Origin: Geosiphon pyriformis uo1 | Lineage: Eukaryota; Fungi; Glomeromycota | Assembly (NCBI GenBank): GCA_016748015.1 | Contig: JAAOMT010000694.1 | Coordinates: forward strand, 310,001 to 374,000 | Direction: 5' to 3' | DNA: 64,000 bases | Program-made: the position numbers and the translations under genes | Notes under the pieces: model-generated | Databases searched by the model: none | Seen by the model: only the letters and a program-made list of their open reading frames with translations | Told to the model about the DNA's origin: nothing | Shown here: piece by piece, positions 25,866 through 39,400 of the stretch | Position numbering within the stretch: the first letter of the stretch is position 1 | Layout: each line of letters starts with the position of its first letter

Positions 25866-28200
25866 AGATTAAAAAATACTACTTCTTAATTTCTTAATAA
25901 ATTAATTAAAAATTTGTTTAATGTATAATAGTCTCTTTTAATTGCCTGAATTTGGTAAAAAATTTGATTAAATTGTCTAAGATAAGTAGTTATTATTTTA
26001 TAATTTTTCTGTTTTATTATGCTAAACTAATTTTATAATTTAATAAGCATATTAAAATCACAAAAATATTGTAAAAAAACGAGTTTAAAAGCAGTAAAGT
26101 TAGTTGGTTTCTCTTCAAAACTTTGGTACTATAAGTTTGTAGTTCCTATTAAAAAAAATAGTAGAACTTGAATTGTTTTAGTTTCATCTCAATTATTGGT
26201 ATTAATTACTTTTACAGTTTTTACAATTTTTATGTATGCATTGTTTTCTTTGCTGAAAAATTTTTTTAGTCTAACAATATTTTTGTAAATTATAATTTGA
26301 ATAATAAGAAGTAATTTATTTGTTAACAAAAAAAAATTAACAAAAATGTTATTGATTATTTTATTAAACTTGAAGCTAATTGTTTTTTTTTGTTAGTGTG
26401 GCCAATAGGTTGTAAAATAGTTGTTTCACCTAAAAGAATAATGGTTGATTTGGTTAGGAGTTTTATTAGAGGTTATGCTTAAAAGCAAATATTTCTGATT
26501 GAATTATTAGTTGCTGAAGTAAGACTTTCAAATATGGCTCTGTATTCTTTTAAGAATTTAATTCAAAGATTCTGGTTAAAGTTCTAAAAGTACAGGTTTT
26601 CAGAAGTTTTTAGAGTTTTTGCTTGTAATTTAATGAGTTAATTAAACAAGATTTTGCTTTTAAAGATCTGATAATATGTAAAAGTTATTAGTAAAAGAAA
26701 TTTTGATTTTTTATTAACTGTAAATATGGCTTTTTCTTGTGTAATTTGTGTATTATTATTATTAAAATTTGACTTGAATTCTTTAAAATCAGGTTTTAAT
26801 ATTTGTTTTTTTATTACTTATAAATATTACTTTTGGGTATATACCTCAATTTTTTTATTAATTAGAAAAAAAATTTTGACTATTGCTTATATGGTAATTA
26901 AAGTTAGAATATATTAGTAATTTTTAATGAATTTGCTTTTTAAGTTTTTTTGTATCTGCAGTTTAGTCTAATAAATAGTCAACTTTATTATATATATAGT
27001 GGCAAAAATCACTTTTAGTAATAATAATTTCTAATGGTATTTCTAAGTTTTCTTTGAAATACTAAAATAAGACTCTTTTAAACAGCAAGTGATTTTTTTA
27101 TAGTTCTAATAGTCATTATTTTGGTAAATTTTTTAGGTGCTCTGTCTTTATGGATTTTATAATCTTACAAAAAGCATCAAATGTTATAAGTAAACTTGGT
27201 AAGATATAGTAATAATGTTTGGTACTTTGAGTTTGAGTATAAAGAGCTTAAGATTTTTTCTATGAATATGTGAAACATATTAAGATTATTAGTCTCTAAA
27301 AGTCTGCTATAAATGTAAATTTACTTATGGAGTTCTTTGGTTATAAAACACAGAAAAATGATTTGGTTGTTTATAATTTATATATGTAAGCTATTTTTTT
27401 CAAGTTAGTTAAATACAGTTGCTAAAGTTTAGCAATGTCTTTTTGTCTTTCTGATAAGCTACTAAGATAATGTTAATATTTAATTTTAAAGAAAGCTTTT
27501 TTTTTTATCAGGCTATTATGAAATTTATTCTTAGACAATCAATTTACAATATTGCTGTTTTACAAAAAAATAAATAAAAGAAAAAATAAATAAATAAATA
27601 AAATAAAACAAAAAAAAATTAGTATTATCAATTACTATAATCAAAAGTAATTGGTTTAAGTTATTATGATTTTGAAATATTTTATGCTAAGAGCATTTGG
27701 TTGAAAAAAAAGATAAGAAAAATAATTAATTTAAGTTAAACACAAAAATCTATAAGTTATATATAAATAATTTGGTTTTGAATATTTTTTTTATTTGAGA
27801 TAATATAAGTATAAGATATAAAATATAAATAAAAAAATATTTATTCTTTTTTATCTGTTTGTTTTTCTTTTTTTTTGTTAAAACTACTTATTTTTGTACA
27901 TATTTTTTAGTTTTATAAGATTGTTTTTAATCATTTGTTCTTATTAGCTATTACTTATTATTACTGTTGTTGTTTTATTTTTTTATATTATAACTAGTTA
28001 TTTTATGTTATGGTTAGTTATTTTGTGCTATTTTATGTTATTATGTATTATCTTATATTATTTTAAGTTATTATATATTATTTTGTATTATTTCATATTA
28101 TTATGTTTTTTTTATGTTATTATATTTTAATCACGTTTTTTTAATAGTTTTTGAATTGGTTTTTTCTACTTAAATAATATTGCTAACAAGTTTTAAATAA
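25866..28200 (-). mobile_element. Decayed Gypsy 5' end: gag remnant (~25866-26320), leader and probable 5' LTR (~27250-28200)
   Basis: Reverse translation gives ..YQSFEEKPTNFTAFKL.. and TTYLRQFNQI, homologous to the gag at 1-170. LTR motifs shared with C/D; 10-bp TTATTTTATG array at ~28000-28130. Boundaries uncertain. Confidence 0.7.
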
Positions 28201-28634
28201 GACTTAAATACCAAATTTTTTTTTATTGTTTTTTTATTCTTATTTCTAATTTTTCATATAGTCTAAGCATAATAAATTATTTAATTTTAACTAATTTACT
28301 TTTATAATTAGTTTTGCTTCTAATTTTCTATTAAATTTTTTTTTGGATTTTAATTTTAATTTTTTTTTATAATTTTCAAATTCTGCTTTAAAATTTGGTT
28401 AAAAAAAAGATTTTTGGAATAATAATATATATTTTTTTATAATTAATATATTTTTTCAATTATATTATTTAAATTTCTTAGTATAATTAAAAGTTTTTTT
28501 TTTTTTTTTTTTATATGTTTAACGAGTGAGGTCCAAACGTAACCTAGTGCTATACATCATACAAATGATCTAAACTAGGTGCGAATCATGTGCTTTTTAC
28601 ATGTGACCAGCCACTCGGGCCAGTCAAGACTACA

Positions 28635-31600
28635 CTATACACTTATATGCACAGAAACCAAATCTTTAATACCCAAAAAAAATGGACAAAACTTACAAAA
28701 CCCAAAACCAACTCCAAAAGCCTCAGCCACCCCCAGCAATCTAACCACACCAGCCGAAAACACCATAGGCAAACCAGAAACTAAAACAGGAGCAGAGCCA
28801 TCATGCAGAATCAAACCGTGCTTTTCCATAAATGCCTGGTGTCTGGTGTAAACCAACCAAATATCATCCCAAAATGCAAGACAAAACTTGTGCACAAAGC
28901 CCACAATTTTTTTAGTACCCTTCTTTGAATTTTTAAAAACCAAGACAGACTCATGAAACCAATCATTAAAAACAAAGCCCTTGCACAGAGCAACACCAAC
29001 TCCAACTTCAGAAACACAAGAAGCCAAAGCCTGTAAGACACATGAAGAAGAGCGAGATAGACCAGAAAGAGCCTCCCAAGCTAAAGCATGAGCGCCCAAC
29101 AAATGAACATGGCCAATGGCATCCTGAGGACATAAAAAGACGTGATCTGAAGTCTTAACGTCACCACAGAAAAGACAGACCACACTGGGATATCTCCTAT
29201 CATATAAACACTTGTGCACAGCAACAGAAAGCCGATGATGGAGAGCCTTCATAAAGTAAGTACGACTGCCTGCCATGCGCTTGCTAGTAAAACTGGATGC
29301 CAAGTGAGAATCAGTGTGCCACATCATAGAAGACTTAGACCAATTGATATCAGCATACAAACTATCATCCACAACATGTGAACCCACTCCAACCTCCCAA
29401 TGAGCTTGATGAACTGACTGGAAAACATCACAAACAAAATATCTAGAATTACCAGAAACTGCTGTATCACCAGCACATAGAAAACGTTCACTGACTAAAT
29501 AAGGTAGGCGCCAAGCAAAGAGAGCAGCATTTTTGGCAAGCGTATCAGCATGCTCATTGCCCGAGACACCTGAATGACCTTTCACCTTAACCCAATTCAC
29601 ATCTAAATTTTTTTGACAAATGACGGTAGCAATGTGACAACGCTTAATTCAACAGTGGTTCCTGAAATCCAGACAAACCAGCGAAGACTCTGACTTACAT
29701 GCATCCAAAGCAGCTTGGCTATCCGAGAACAAGTCAATCAAATGAGAAAAAGAAACACACTCAAGGGCCAAAGCTATGGCTTGCAGTTCTGTTAGAGTAG
29801 AAGAAACCAAACCAGACACCCCAACACCCAAACCCAAGTTAATGTCCTCAAAAAAAACGGCAGCACCTGCTCTTACATCAACAGTGCCCAGACCAGAAAA
29901 AGATCCATCCGTATACACAGAAAGGCGGGCAGCATTAACAGTCAGCAAGGTGTCACGAACCACACCAAAATCATGAGAAAGACAAATATTAAACACAGCA
30001 TGACCATCTACCAAAGAAGAACTTGAGGAAAGAGGCACAACACCACCAAAAAAGCGAATGAAAAGATCAAACCAGAAAGGGACTGGGCTGCGAGGGTCTA
30101 GCCTCTTCCAACGCTTGAAGATCTCCCAACTGAAAACATCACCATTACAGTCACGAAGCTGTTCCACGAAAGCAATTCCATAACGCCTAAGCGAAAAGAT
30201 ATACTTGAAAAAACAGAATTCACCAAGAACCAAAGACATAAGAGTACTGCACCGACGACAAAAAGCACAAGCCAGAGGGCCTCCCAAAGACAAATTACAC
30301 CCAGAAAAGATGCAGACCACACCTGCCAAAAAATTATTCGAAAGACTGATACCGACACGAGCTGGAAACAGCAAGAGATGACGAGGACACCAGCTGAGAA
30401 CCTGGAGGTCATAAGACCTATGTGAAAACAAGCAACCCAAGACACCAGTAGAATTCACAAAAGCAATAATGAAGGCCGATTTACTTTCAGTCTGGATCTG
30501 TTCGAAAGTTTTTAAATTGTACAAAGAGAGGTGATGAAGTGCATTGCTGGGGAAATCATGTGGCAATCCAGACTTGGATTTCAAAATCTTGCATACCAAA
30601 GCATCCCATTTACTACAAACATCAACAGAAACAAAACTGAACTGAGTTCTGTAGCTGATGATAGGGAAAAGAACTGCAGAAACCAAATATGTACACTGTT
30701 TGTCTGAAATCGCCTTTCTTAAAATGAAATTCACAAAAAACTGTACATTAGTCTGAGCTTTAGCCAAGCTAGGCTTCGAAAGACTCTCAGAAAACAAAAA
30801 AACACCCAAATAGCGATGAAATTCCCCTTTCTTGGCAATGGAAATAGGCATGCCACTAATAATTAAACAAGGATCTGTTACCTGACAGTTGATAGAAATG
30901 GCCACCGTCTTGTCGTTATTCACAGAAATGTTATTGAACCTGAAAAATTCACTAGCAACATCAAGAATGTGTTGTGTAGCAGCCTGGCTGCTACCAACCC
31001 AAACAGTATTATTGATGAAAGCACCAGCAGCGAGAAATAAAGTCAATTTAGCTCGAGGATCTACTCGGCCTGTTTTGGAAATAAAATGAGAATTCAACCT
31101 GTAGTCACACACACTCTCCTGTCTCTTGACTTCACACAAAAGTGAATTATAAAAAATACGCCAGAGAAGAGGCGAAAAAACTTCTCCCTGATCCAGTCCA
31201 TTGTGGACACAATATCCATCAGTCAAGCCAAAGTCAGTCATCACCCTATTGACACGACCATTGTGAATACTGCCAAAAAATCTAATAAACCTGTCACACA
31301 TCTTGATTCTGACCAGACTCCTCCTAAGATGTTCCTAACCAACCAAATCATAAGCCTTGTATATGTTCTGTAAAACCAGCCAAAGTTCATGGTTCTTCTC
31401 CAAGGCATCCTCAATCACAGAACTGATAGCAAAAATGGGAGACTGCATCATCGTGCCTTTCAAAACCGAAAAATTGTCCCCACGAAGAACATCAAAAGTG
31501 CTGCAGACTGAAGAGATTCTATTTGAAAGGATCTTGGAGAGAATCTTGCGAGCCATCTCAATTAAAGCTATAGGATGGGTGTTCATGAGAACCTCTTCCC

Positions 31601-33323
31601 ATTTATATGGTTTAGGAATCATCGAAACCCAAGCTTCCCTCCAAGGCCCAGAAACTGATTCGCTAATCAAACAGAAATTCAAGAGTACTAAAAGCATATC
31701 CAAAACAGATTTGTCACAATGTTTCCATAATTCATTGGAAATACTAGAAAGACCAGCCGCTTTTCCATCAGGAAGATCCTTAACAACAGCTAACAACTCA
31801 TCAAAACCAATAAAACACATGACATCAGAGAAAGCACCATCGAACACGTAATCCAGAGGCCGATATTGGCAAGCCCAATCCTCAGATAAGTCAGACACCA
31901 TCTCACATTTTCTGGTCCATCCCTCCATAATTTTGTCCACCTTAGACTTAACCAAATCAGGCTCCAAAATCAATTCATCTTCTACAACCAGATGATCCAG
32001 GACCACCTTGCGAAAAGAACACTCCAAAACACTTCTGATAGTGTGACTCTTGTTTAGCTCAAAACTTTCCATCCTCTTACCAATAGCCTGCTTGATTGAG
32101 GATTCCTTAGCATGCTTGGATTCCAATAATTTGAAAGAGCAGTACGATTTCCTCACTTTGGCCAGTACAGAATGAATAAGATCAAAATTAGCACCTGAAA
32201 AAAACAGAGACTTAACCACCGACGCACCAGGAAAGTCGAGTCCATGCCATACCTCCAACAAAGAAGCAAAACTATCACTAGAAGCCAAATGCAAAGTCTT
32301 GACCAACTTAGAAACCAGCAGTTCCAGCTTGTGAAACCTAGAAGAAGTCTCAGTAAACATGCCATCAAAACCTTTGAACCACTTTTTCTTAAATGTACCA
32401 TCTGCCAAAAAAACCATAATCTTGCAAACAATGTTCCACATAACGTCCACATCTGAGAACCTTACTGCCACACCAAAAGCATCCGAGAACATAGAAACAT
32501 TAGCAGCTGAAGCAACCTTGAACTCCAACCACTTAGCTTCATTGGCACTTTTGACATCAAACTTCCAATGATCTTTATTCGCTTGCTTGTGAAGAGAATT
32601 CAAACACGTATCCAAGAGCCCACCCAGACCCAAATCCACTGAAACAGCTTGATGGTCTGTGTCAAAATGCTCACTGACATTCAAAACCTTATGACGCACT
32701 ATCGCATTGACAAGACTTGAGAAGACAAACACATAATCAATTGTTTTCTTAACGCCCCTAGAATTTTCTCAAGTGGGCATTTTTGCAGCTGGGCTGCCAA
32801 CTAAAGAATTGACCAGACCCAAATCAAAGCATCTTTTGAAACTTGCACTTTTATGAAAGCCGTCTTCATTAAAATCACCACCGAGAATGATGAAAAAAGA
32901 TTCGTTGACAGTCTTTGCAATGAAAAAATTGATTTCACCAGCTTAAGAAAACTGAACCACCGAAGAAGCACCAGCATAAAGCCCCAAAATTGACACAGAA
33001 AGTTTACTCTTAAAAAGTAATTTAATGGAAAGGAGCCGACCAGGCACCTTAGAAACCTTGCACACATGACGAGCCAAAGAAACGTTCATGATAACAGCAA
33101 CACCCGCACCCAAGTGACCAGAGTCCAAACCAGAAGTGAACACTCGGACACCGTCGAACTTGTCTGCAATCCACGGACGAACCCTACTCTTTAATTTCGT
33201 TTCAGTAACAATAGAGACTAAATTGTTCATTTTCTTATGCTATCTAATAATGTCTTCTTGCTTAGCAGGATTGTTTATGCCCCTGACATTGCACGTAGCA
33301 ACTTTCTAGACTAAACTGCTCAT
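28635..33323 (-). pseudogene. LINE ORF2 (APE endonuclease-RT-RNase H-CCHC), one frame, 6 internal stops
   Basis: TCNVRGINN, TETKL, LGGDFN, TIDYVF, TDHQAV (APE); KAYD, GLDQGEVFSPLLW, FINN (FVDD), YLGV (RT); YTDGS, ELQAI, FSDSQAA, KVKGHSGVSGNEHAD (RNase HI); CLFC..DHVFLC. Confidence 0.95.
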
Positions 33324-35113
33324 TGAGTAAGAGGTAGAGATACCGAAAGTGCACCTAAACTGTCCATTTTGGCCAAAAGGCCCAGAACCGTTTCCATTAG
33401 ACACTTCATGCTGTCTTCCAGCTTAGACACTGAAGACATATCAAAAGACACCACTCCCGCGACATTTCCACCACTAGTGAACACACTCGAACCCTCACTC
33501 ATTACTACATCTGCCCCTTGATCCTGTGATAAAGAGGTCACCAACGGCTGACATCCAGGGCTAGGCTGGGAAACCATTGGCCCAAGTGCATCCAACCTCT
33601 TAGCCAGCTTACCAACTTGCTCCGCGAGGCTGGCGAGACTGCGCTCAAGAGCAGCAAACCTATCATTGACTTCCATCGTAACTGGTTGGGATGGCTTCAT
33701 CTCTGAAGAGGAGCCATTTGTTACCACAACTTTCTGACCAGAGAGGGGGAGCGAAAAAGACCCGCGAGCAACCTTTGCCCAAGAGAGACCACCAAAAGAG
33801 ACTGGACAGGCAACCAGAGTCGAGCGTTTGGCATAGATGGTTGCCAGCCTGCTTTTATCCGTATCCGAGAAAACCCTATACAGTGAACTACTAGAAGACA
33901 ATTTCCCACCAACTGCACAACCCAATGATGTGTGACCCAATTTCTCACACTTGGCGCATCTAGCAGAAATAAGATAAGACCAGCGGAGATTGGTGTTTCT
34001 GAGTACTGGCGTGGTCCCCACAGCAGCATCCAATGATTCAGCAAAGTTGAAACAAACAACAGCACACTTGGCCCGAGCATACGTAACAGAATGACGATCA
34101 ATGACGCACATTTTCTCACTCACAGATCTAACAAAGTCCCAGATATCATGAGCATTGGTTCTCATCGGCAACGTATAGAGCAGTGCCCTATGTTGGTCCC
34201 TAACATCCCATGCTTCCTTGTCTGAATCAGCCCTAGCCATACGCACAGCATTTTTCCTGATTAAGATGGACCACTTAGCTGCAGCCAAATCAGCTTAATC
34301 CGATTGTTCAAATTCCACCACTGCCTTCTGCCACAGCCCGATTAACTGCATCTTGATCGTCCTAATAACTCCAAACTCGGATAGTGCAGCATGCACAGCC
34401 TCAGCCGATGTTCCAACCGGAATTTCTTTCACGACCACAGCCCGATCTAATTGCCCAGATGCTTTTTTGAGATTGGCGTTTACTAAGATCTTCGCATTCG
34501 CAGCTTTATCAGTAGCTTTCATTAGACTCGATTCGGAAGTGAATGTCGTCCTGATGATTCCTGAGAATTTTGAGGGGGTAGATGCCCCCCCAAAACCATT
34601 GATTCCAGAAAACAACTTCCTCATCACCACAAGTTTTTCCTGAGAAGATTTGCCAGCCACTTTATCCAAGCCAATATCCAATGCGAATGATTTCTTAACT
34701 AAAACATTGACCAAATTTCTCACAGAAGGAGGGAGCTCAAGAGGAGCATCCGAGAGAACACCATCATCACTACCATTTTTTGAGAAGTCAATTTTCTCCA
34801 ATGGCTTGTCCAACGCCTTTTTGGTTTTAATCTTCAAACTTGTGGGCATCTGATCATAATCTCTACCAGCCAGAGCTCCACCTTCACTATAATCAAAGCT
34901 GGTTTCCTCCACCAGACATTCCTCTTCCATATCAATACTTTCAGACTCAGTAGTGTCCCCAGTCTCCGAACTCCATAAACAAATACCAGAAACTTCAGCA
35001 GCAACCCTTCCATTATCAACACCCTCTGTCAACACACCTTCCTTCCTCTTTTTCCTTGATGTAACCGCTTTAAAACCACTCTCAGAACCAGAAACTTTAG
35101 CAGTCTTTTTTAT
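33320..35113 (-). pseudogene. LINE ORF1 (nucleic-acid chaperone)
   Basis: ORFs 34295-35035 and 33320-34288 are in one frame split by one TAA; probable start ATG>ATA at 35113. Contains RKKRK, RRM-like segments, CCHC knuckle CAKCEKLGHTSLGC and a heptad coiled coil. Confidence 0.88.
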
Positions 35114-35279
35114 AACAGCAATAACAGAGCCAACAGTGGCCTCGTAATCGAAAAATGGTTTTGATTTATCGTACTGAATGGTAAAAAACTTCTTTTAAAA
35201 AACTTTTGACTCTTTTTTGGGAATTTTGGACGATAGAGAGAAAGAAGTTTTTAATATTTTTATTTATTTTTTTTTAATG

Positions 35280-36470
35280 TTTTATCAGCAAAACAAATAA
35301 TTATATATTTATTATATTCATATATGCTTAAGTTATAACCAATAAAACAAATTTTTCTATTATATAATATTAACATTTTAAAAATATTATAAATAGTAAT
35401 GCCAATTAGTAAAATATACAACAAAGTCTAATACTAATTTCTAAATACTTATATCTGTTTGTTTTAAACAATTTTAGTTATATTTACAAAGTTTTTTTCT
35501 ATGAGCATCAATCATTTAACTATAACCAAATTAGCAATATTAGCAAATTCAAATTTAATCAAAGTTTTTTACCAAAAACCAATGAATTGTATCTTAATAG
35601 ACATAATCTTACTAAACTTAGAAAATACTGATTCTATAACCAGTTTAAAAAGATATATAAAGATTTTTTTAATAATTATTTTTTAATCTGTATGGCTGTT
35701 TATTTTTTTAATATAATGAAAAAAATTTTTATAGTCATTAATTTATCTTTAAAAGTTTTGTTAAACATTACAGAAAACTTAATATTTAACACAAAAAATT
35801 TGACTAAATTAAAATTCTGTTTTTTTAAAACATGTAATCTAACTAATAGCAACTGTTGAAAGCCAATAAACTTAAAAAATAAAAACATCAAAACATTGTT
35901 ATTATTATTATTCAAATTTTTAAAAAAAAGAATTTTTAGTAGACAATCTATATTGTACATCTTAATATGTATTTTTTTTGGAATAGTTTTGTCTATTTTA
36001 TTGTTAATCTTTAAAGTATTTAAGTTAGCATAATTAGTTTCTTTAGCAATTATATTTTTCATGTTTTTTATATTTAAAATTCTATTAATACTACTGGTTT
36101 TACTAACTGTTTCACTATTTTAAGATTTTTTTTGTTTAATGTTGTTAAATTTTATATCAGTAATGCTAATAAAACTAGTAAACATATTAATTATTTTATT
36201 ATTTATGTTAAATATGTTAAACTTTTTAGGCTTTTTGTAAAAAACACTATAAAAATATATATTCTTAATGTGTTTTTTTTTATGTTTGAATAAGTTTTTA
36301 AACTTTCCAAATTAGAACTAAAACTATCAGCAAAAGAGTTTATTAGTTTTATTATAACAAAAAGTAATATGTTAAAAGAAATAACTAAAAAAAATAAAAA
36401 AAATTATTTTTTTGACAACTTTATGATTTTATTATAATTAAAGAATCAACAAAAAAAAGAGTTTTTTTTA
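35280..36470 (-). mobile_element. Decayed 5' fragment (ORF1 N-terminus) of another related LINE
   Basis: ORF 35700-36062 parallels ORF1 (IIAKETNY ~ LVEETSF; VKFFVLNI ~ KKSFALDI; KDKL..IKIFF ~ QEKL..MRKLF). Confidence 0.7.
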
Positions 36471-36499
36471 AGATTTTAAATTTATTTATGTTATATTTA

Positions 36500-39400
36500 A
36501 TTATTAATTGTTTTTTATTAATACTTATATAATTAATTAATTTGTTTTTTTTAAAAAATTTTAAAGAAATTCTTAAAGTTTATATTTGTATTTATTAAAA
36601 AATTTTATAAATAACAACAAATTTTAATAATAATATATTTATTCTAACTATAAATAATTTTAATTTTATAATCTTAAATTTAACTAATTTATTTAATTAA
36701 ATAATAAAAACAATTAATGTAATTTTAATTAAATATTGTTTTAAACAAATCTTAATTTTTTTATTTTTTAAAGCTCTGATTACATCAAAATTAGTTTTTA
36801 TAAATTAAGTATTTTTTAAAATAAGCTTTTAAATTACTTATAATATTAAAATATAGAAATTAGTTTAATTATAGTTTTATGTTTTATTTAGTTAAATAAT
36901 ATTAAACTTTTTTATTATTTTAATAACATAATCTATATAATCTAGAATTATTTTGTGATATAATTTCTTAATTAATTTAAAACTACTATTATATTTAAAT
37001 TTAATATATTAAAAATCACAAATTTAATTTGATATTTTTATAATAACTGCAAATTATTAAATATAAATAAAATTAAATAATAATAATATTTTTATTTTGT
37101 TTTATTATATTATTACAAATAATTTTATTTGTATTCAATTTTTTAATTTTATTGATTATATATTAGCATATTATTAAGATTTTTTATTTTATTTTATTAA
37201 GAACATAATTAATTTGTTTATGTATTGCTTTATTTTAAATATTAAATAAATATACTTTAAATAAACTAAGATAATAAATTTTATTTGTCTGTTAATTAAA
37301 ATAAAATACATAAATATTTTGTGTTTAATTATAATTATAAACAATAGTATTAATATTATAATAATTATCTTTATTTTTTATCATAAAATATTTGTTTACT
37401 AATTTTTTTGTTGTTTTATTATTTTTGCTGTGATAATTTCTTTTTAATTTAGTTTTAATTAAATGTTTTTATATTTTTTTTTATAAATATCATAATATAA
37501 ATCATTTTAAAAATATTAATTAGTATTATTATTTACAAAATATATTATATTTTAAAAATTTTAATATGTTATTGTTTTTAAAATCTGCAATAAAATTATA
37601 ATAAATTAATTTTTGATTTTTAATTGTTAAAAATATAAGCAATTAAATAATTAGTTTATATTTTTACTAAGATTTAATAATTTATAAATTTTAGTGTAAT
37701 TTTTTAAAAAAAAATTTATAGCCATAACAACAAATTATATCAATAATCATTTTAATTTTTAATTATAAATATGTAGTATAATATTTGTTATTAAGTAATT
37801 TTTAATATAATTAATTTTTAACATATTAATATATGTTTTTTAATAAAATAATATAGTACAATTTTAATAATAATAATTTTGTTTATTAATATGTCTTTTT
37901 TTAAAATATTGACTAGTAATTATTTTTTTGCTATTTATGTTTTTAATTAAGTAATTAAAAATATATTTTATTTAAATTTAAAGAAAACTTAAAATATTTT
38001 ATGTAATTCAGTAAACTTTTCTCTTTAAATTTTTTTTGAATAGTTATAATTACAACTTATTTCCAAAAAATGAATTGCTTTTTTGTATTTAATTAAACAA
38101 TTATAATTATTATTATTTATATGCAGATAATTTTATATATTAATTTTTATTGTTTTGTAATTTTTTTATATTATATTTAACAAATTAAATAAGTTTTATT
38201 ATTATTACACAGTTTTCTGGCAGTAAGAAATTAGATTAGATCTATAATAACTATTGTTTTATTTTTATTGTGCTGTCTATGTTCTTTTGGGGTTTTTTTT
38301 TCATCTTTTTAACATAACAAAAAATTAGTAAACCTAACAAAAAAACAAACAATATATTGATATACCTTAATTATATTATAAAAGCTCTATATTTTTTATA
38401 ATTTTTTGTATTGTTGGATCTATTCATTACTTGTTTTATGTTTACTTTACAAAATATCATTTTTTTTTCGACAGAATTAACATAAAATATTAATATCTTG
38501 TACAATAAAAATTTTATTATATTATTATTTATACTATTAAAATATATATACATATTTTTTAAAAGTTAATAAATGCTCAAATATTCTATTCTGTTCTTGA
38601 TATTTGTTTATGTTGTTATACTAATGTCTAAAATGCTATTGTATTTAATATCTTCAAATATTATTTTAAAACTTATACAAATTTTAAGATAAGATAAAAA
38701 AAAAGTTTACAGTTATTAATACCAATATAACAGATTGTTTATTTAAATATATTATTTATCTTTTGTTATTTAAATAATTGTTTGTTCTCTTTTTGCTGTT
38801 TTTTATTACTAGTTAAACTATTAATTTCATAATTTCTAACTTAAATACTAATAAAAATCACGTTTTTTTTGTGATTACAATTTTATTATCTCAAATTATA
38901 ATATCTAAAATAATGATATTTATTATTTTTTAATTTTGTTTGCAAAAAACTGTTGTATTATAAAAGAAAAATTTAATAAGATCTAGTTTTATAGAAGTAA
39001 ATTCAATATATATAAAATAATTAAACTTGATTTTACTATTGTAAAATATTATACTGTTAACTTGTATAATAAAAATTAAATTAAGTTTTTTTAAAAACTC
39101 TGAACCAATAAATATATTAAAAAAATTTTGTATAGTAATAGTTTGTAAATACATGTTTCAAAATTTGAGTTTTGACTAAATTACTTTGTTAATTATCAAA
39201 AAACATAGGATTTTACTGACAAGTTTACTTTAATTACTTGTGTTTATAATAATGTGATTCTTAATTAAACTAACTAAATGCCTAAAACTTACATAAAAAT
39301 TTCAGATTAATTTATTATATAACTTATAATATTAACTAATATTAATTTGCTTAGATATATAGTAACAAAAAATTCCAGTATTTTATTAATATAATGTAAA

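Larger units (their letters stand above)
28494..35250 (-). mobile_element. Near full-length non-LTR retrotransposon (LINE) with APE, RT, RNase H and zinc finger
   Basis: Two tandem ORFs, a 19-nt poly(A) tail (T run 28494-28512), and a sharp G/C rise over the flanks. No TSD identified. Confidence 0.96.

Noticed and set aside
20317-26917. Short I/F/L/K/N-rich ORFs (also 38371-39154, 46062-46292, 55383-55592) as small membrane proteins
   Set aside because: Composition follows AT saturation; several are remnants of the decayed LINE or LTRs
28480-28512. Target-site duplication of the young LINE
   Set aside because: Only AAGTTTTT-like low-complexity matches near 35245; not distinguishable from chance
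28579-35147. Plus-strand and alternative-frame ORFs overlapping the LINE (e.g. 31357-31851, 33721-34119)
   Set aside because: Shadow ORFs of a G/C-richer coding region with no motifs
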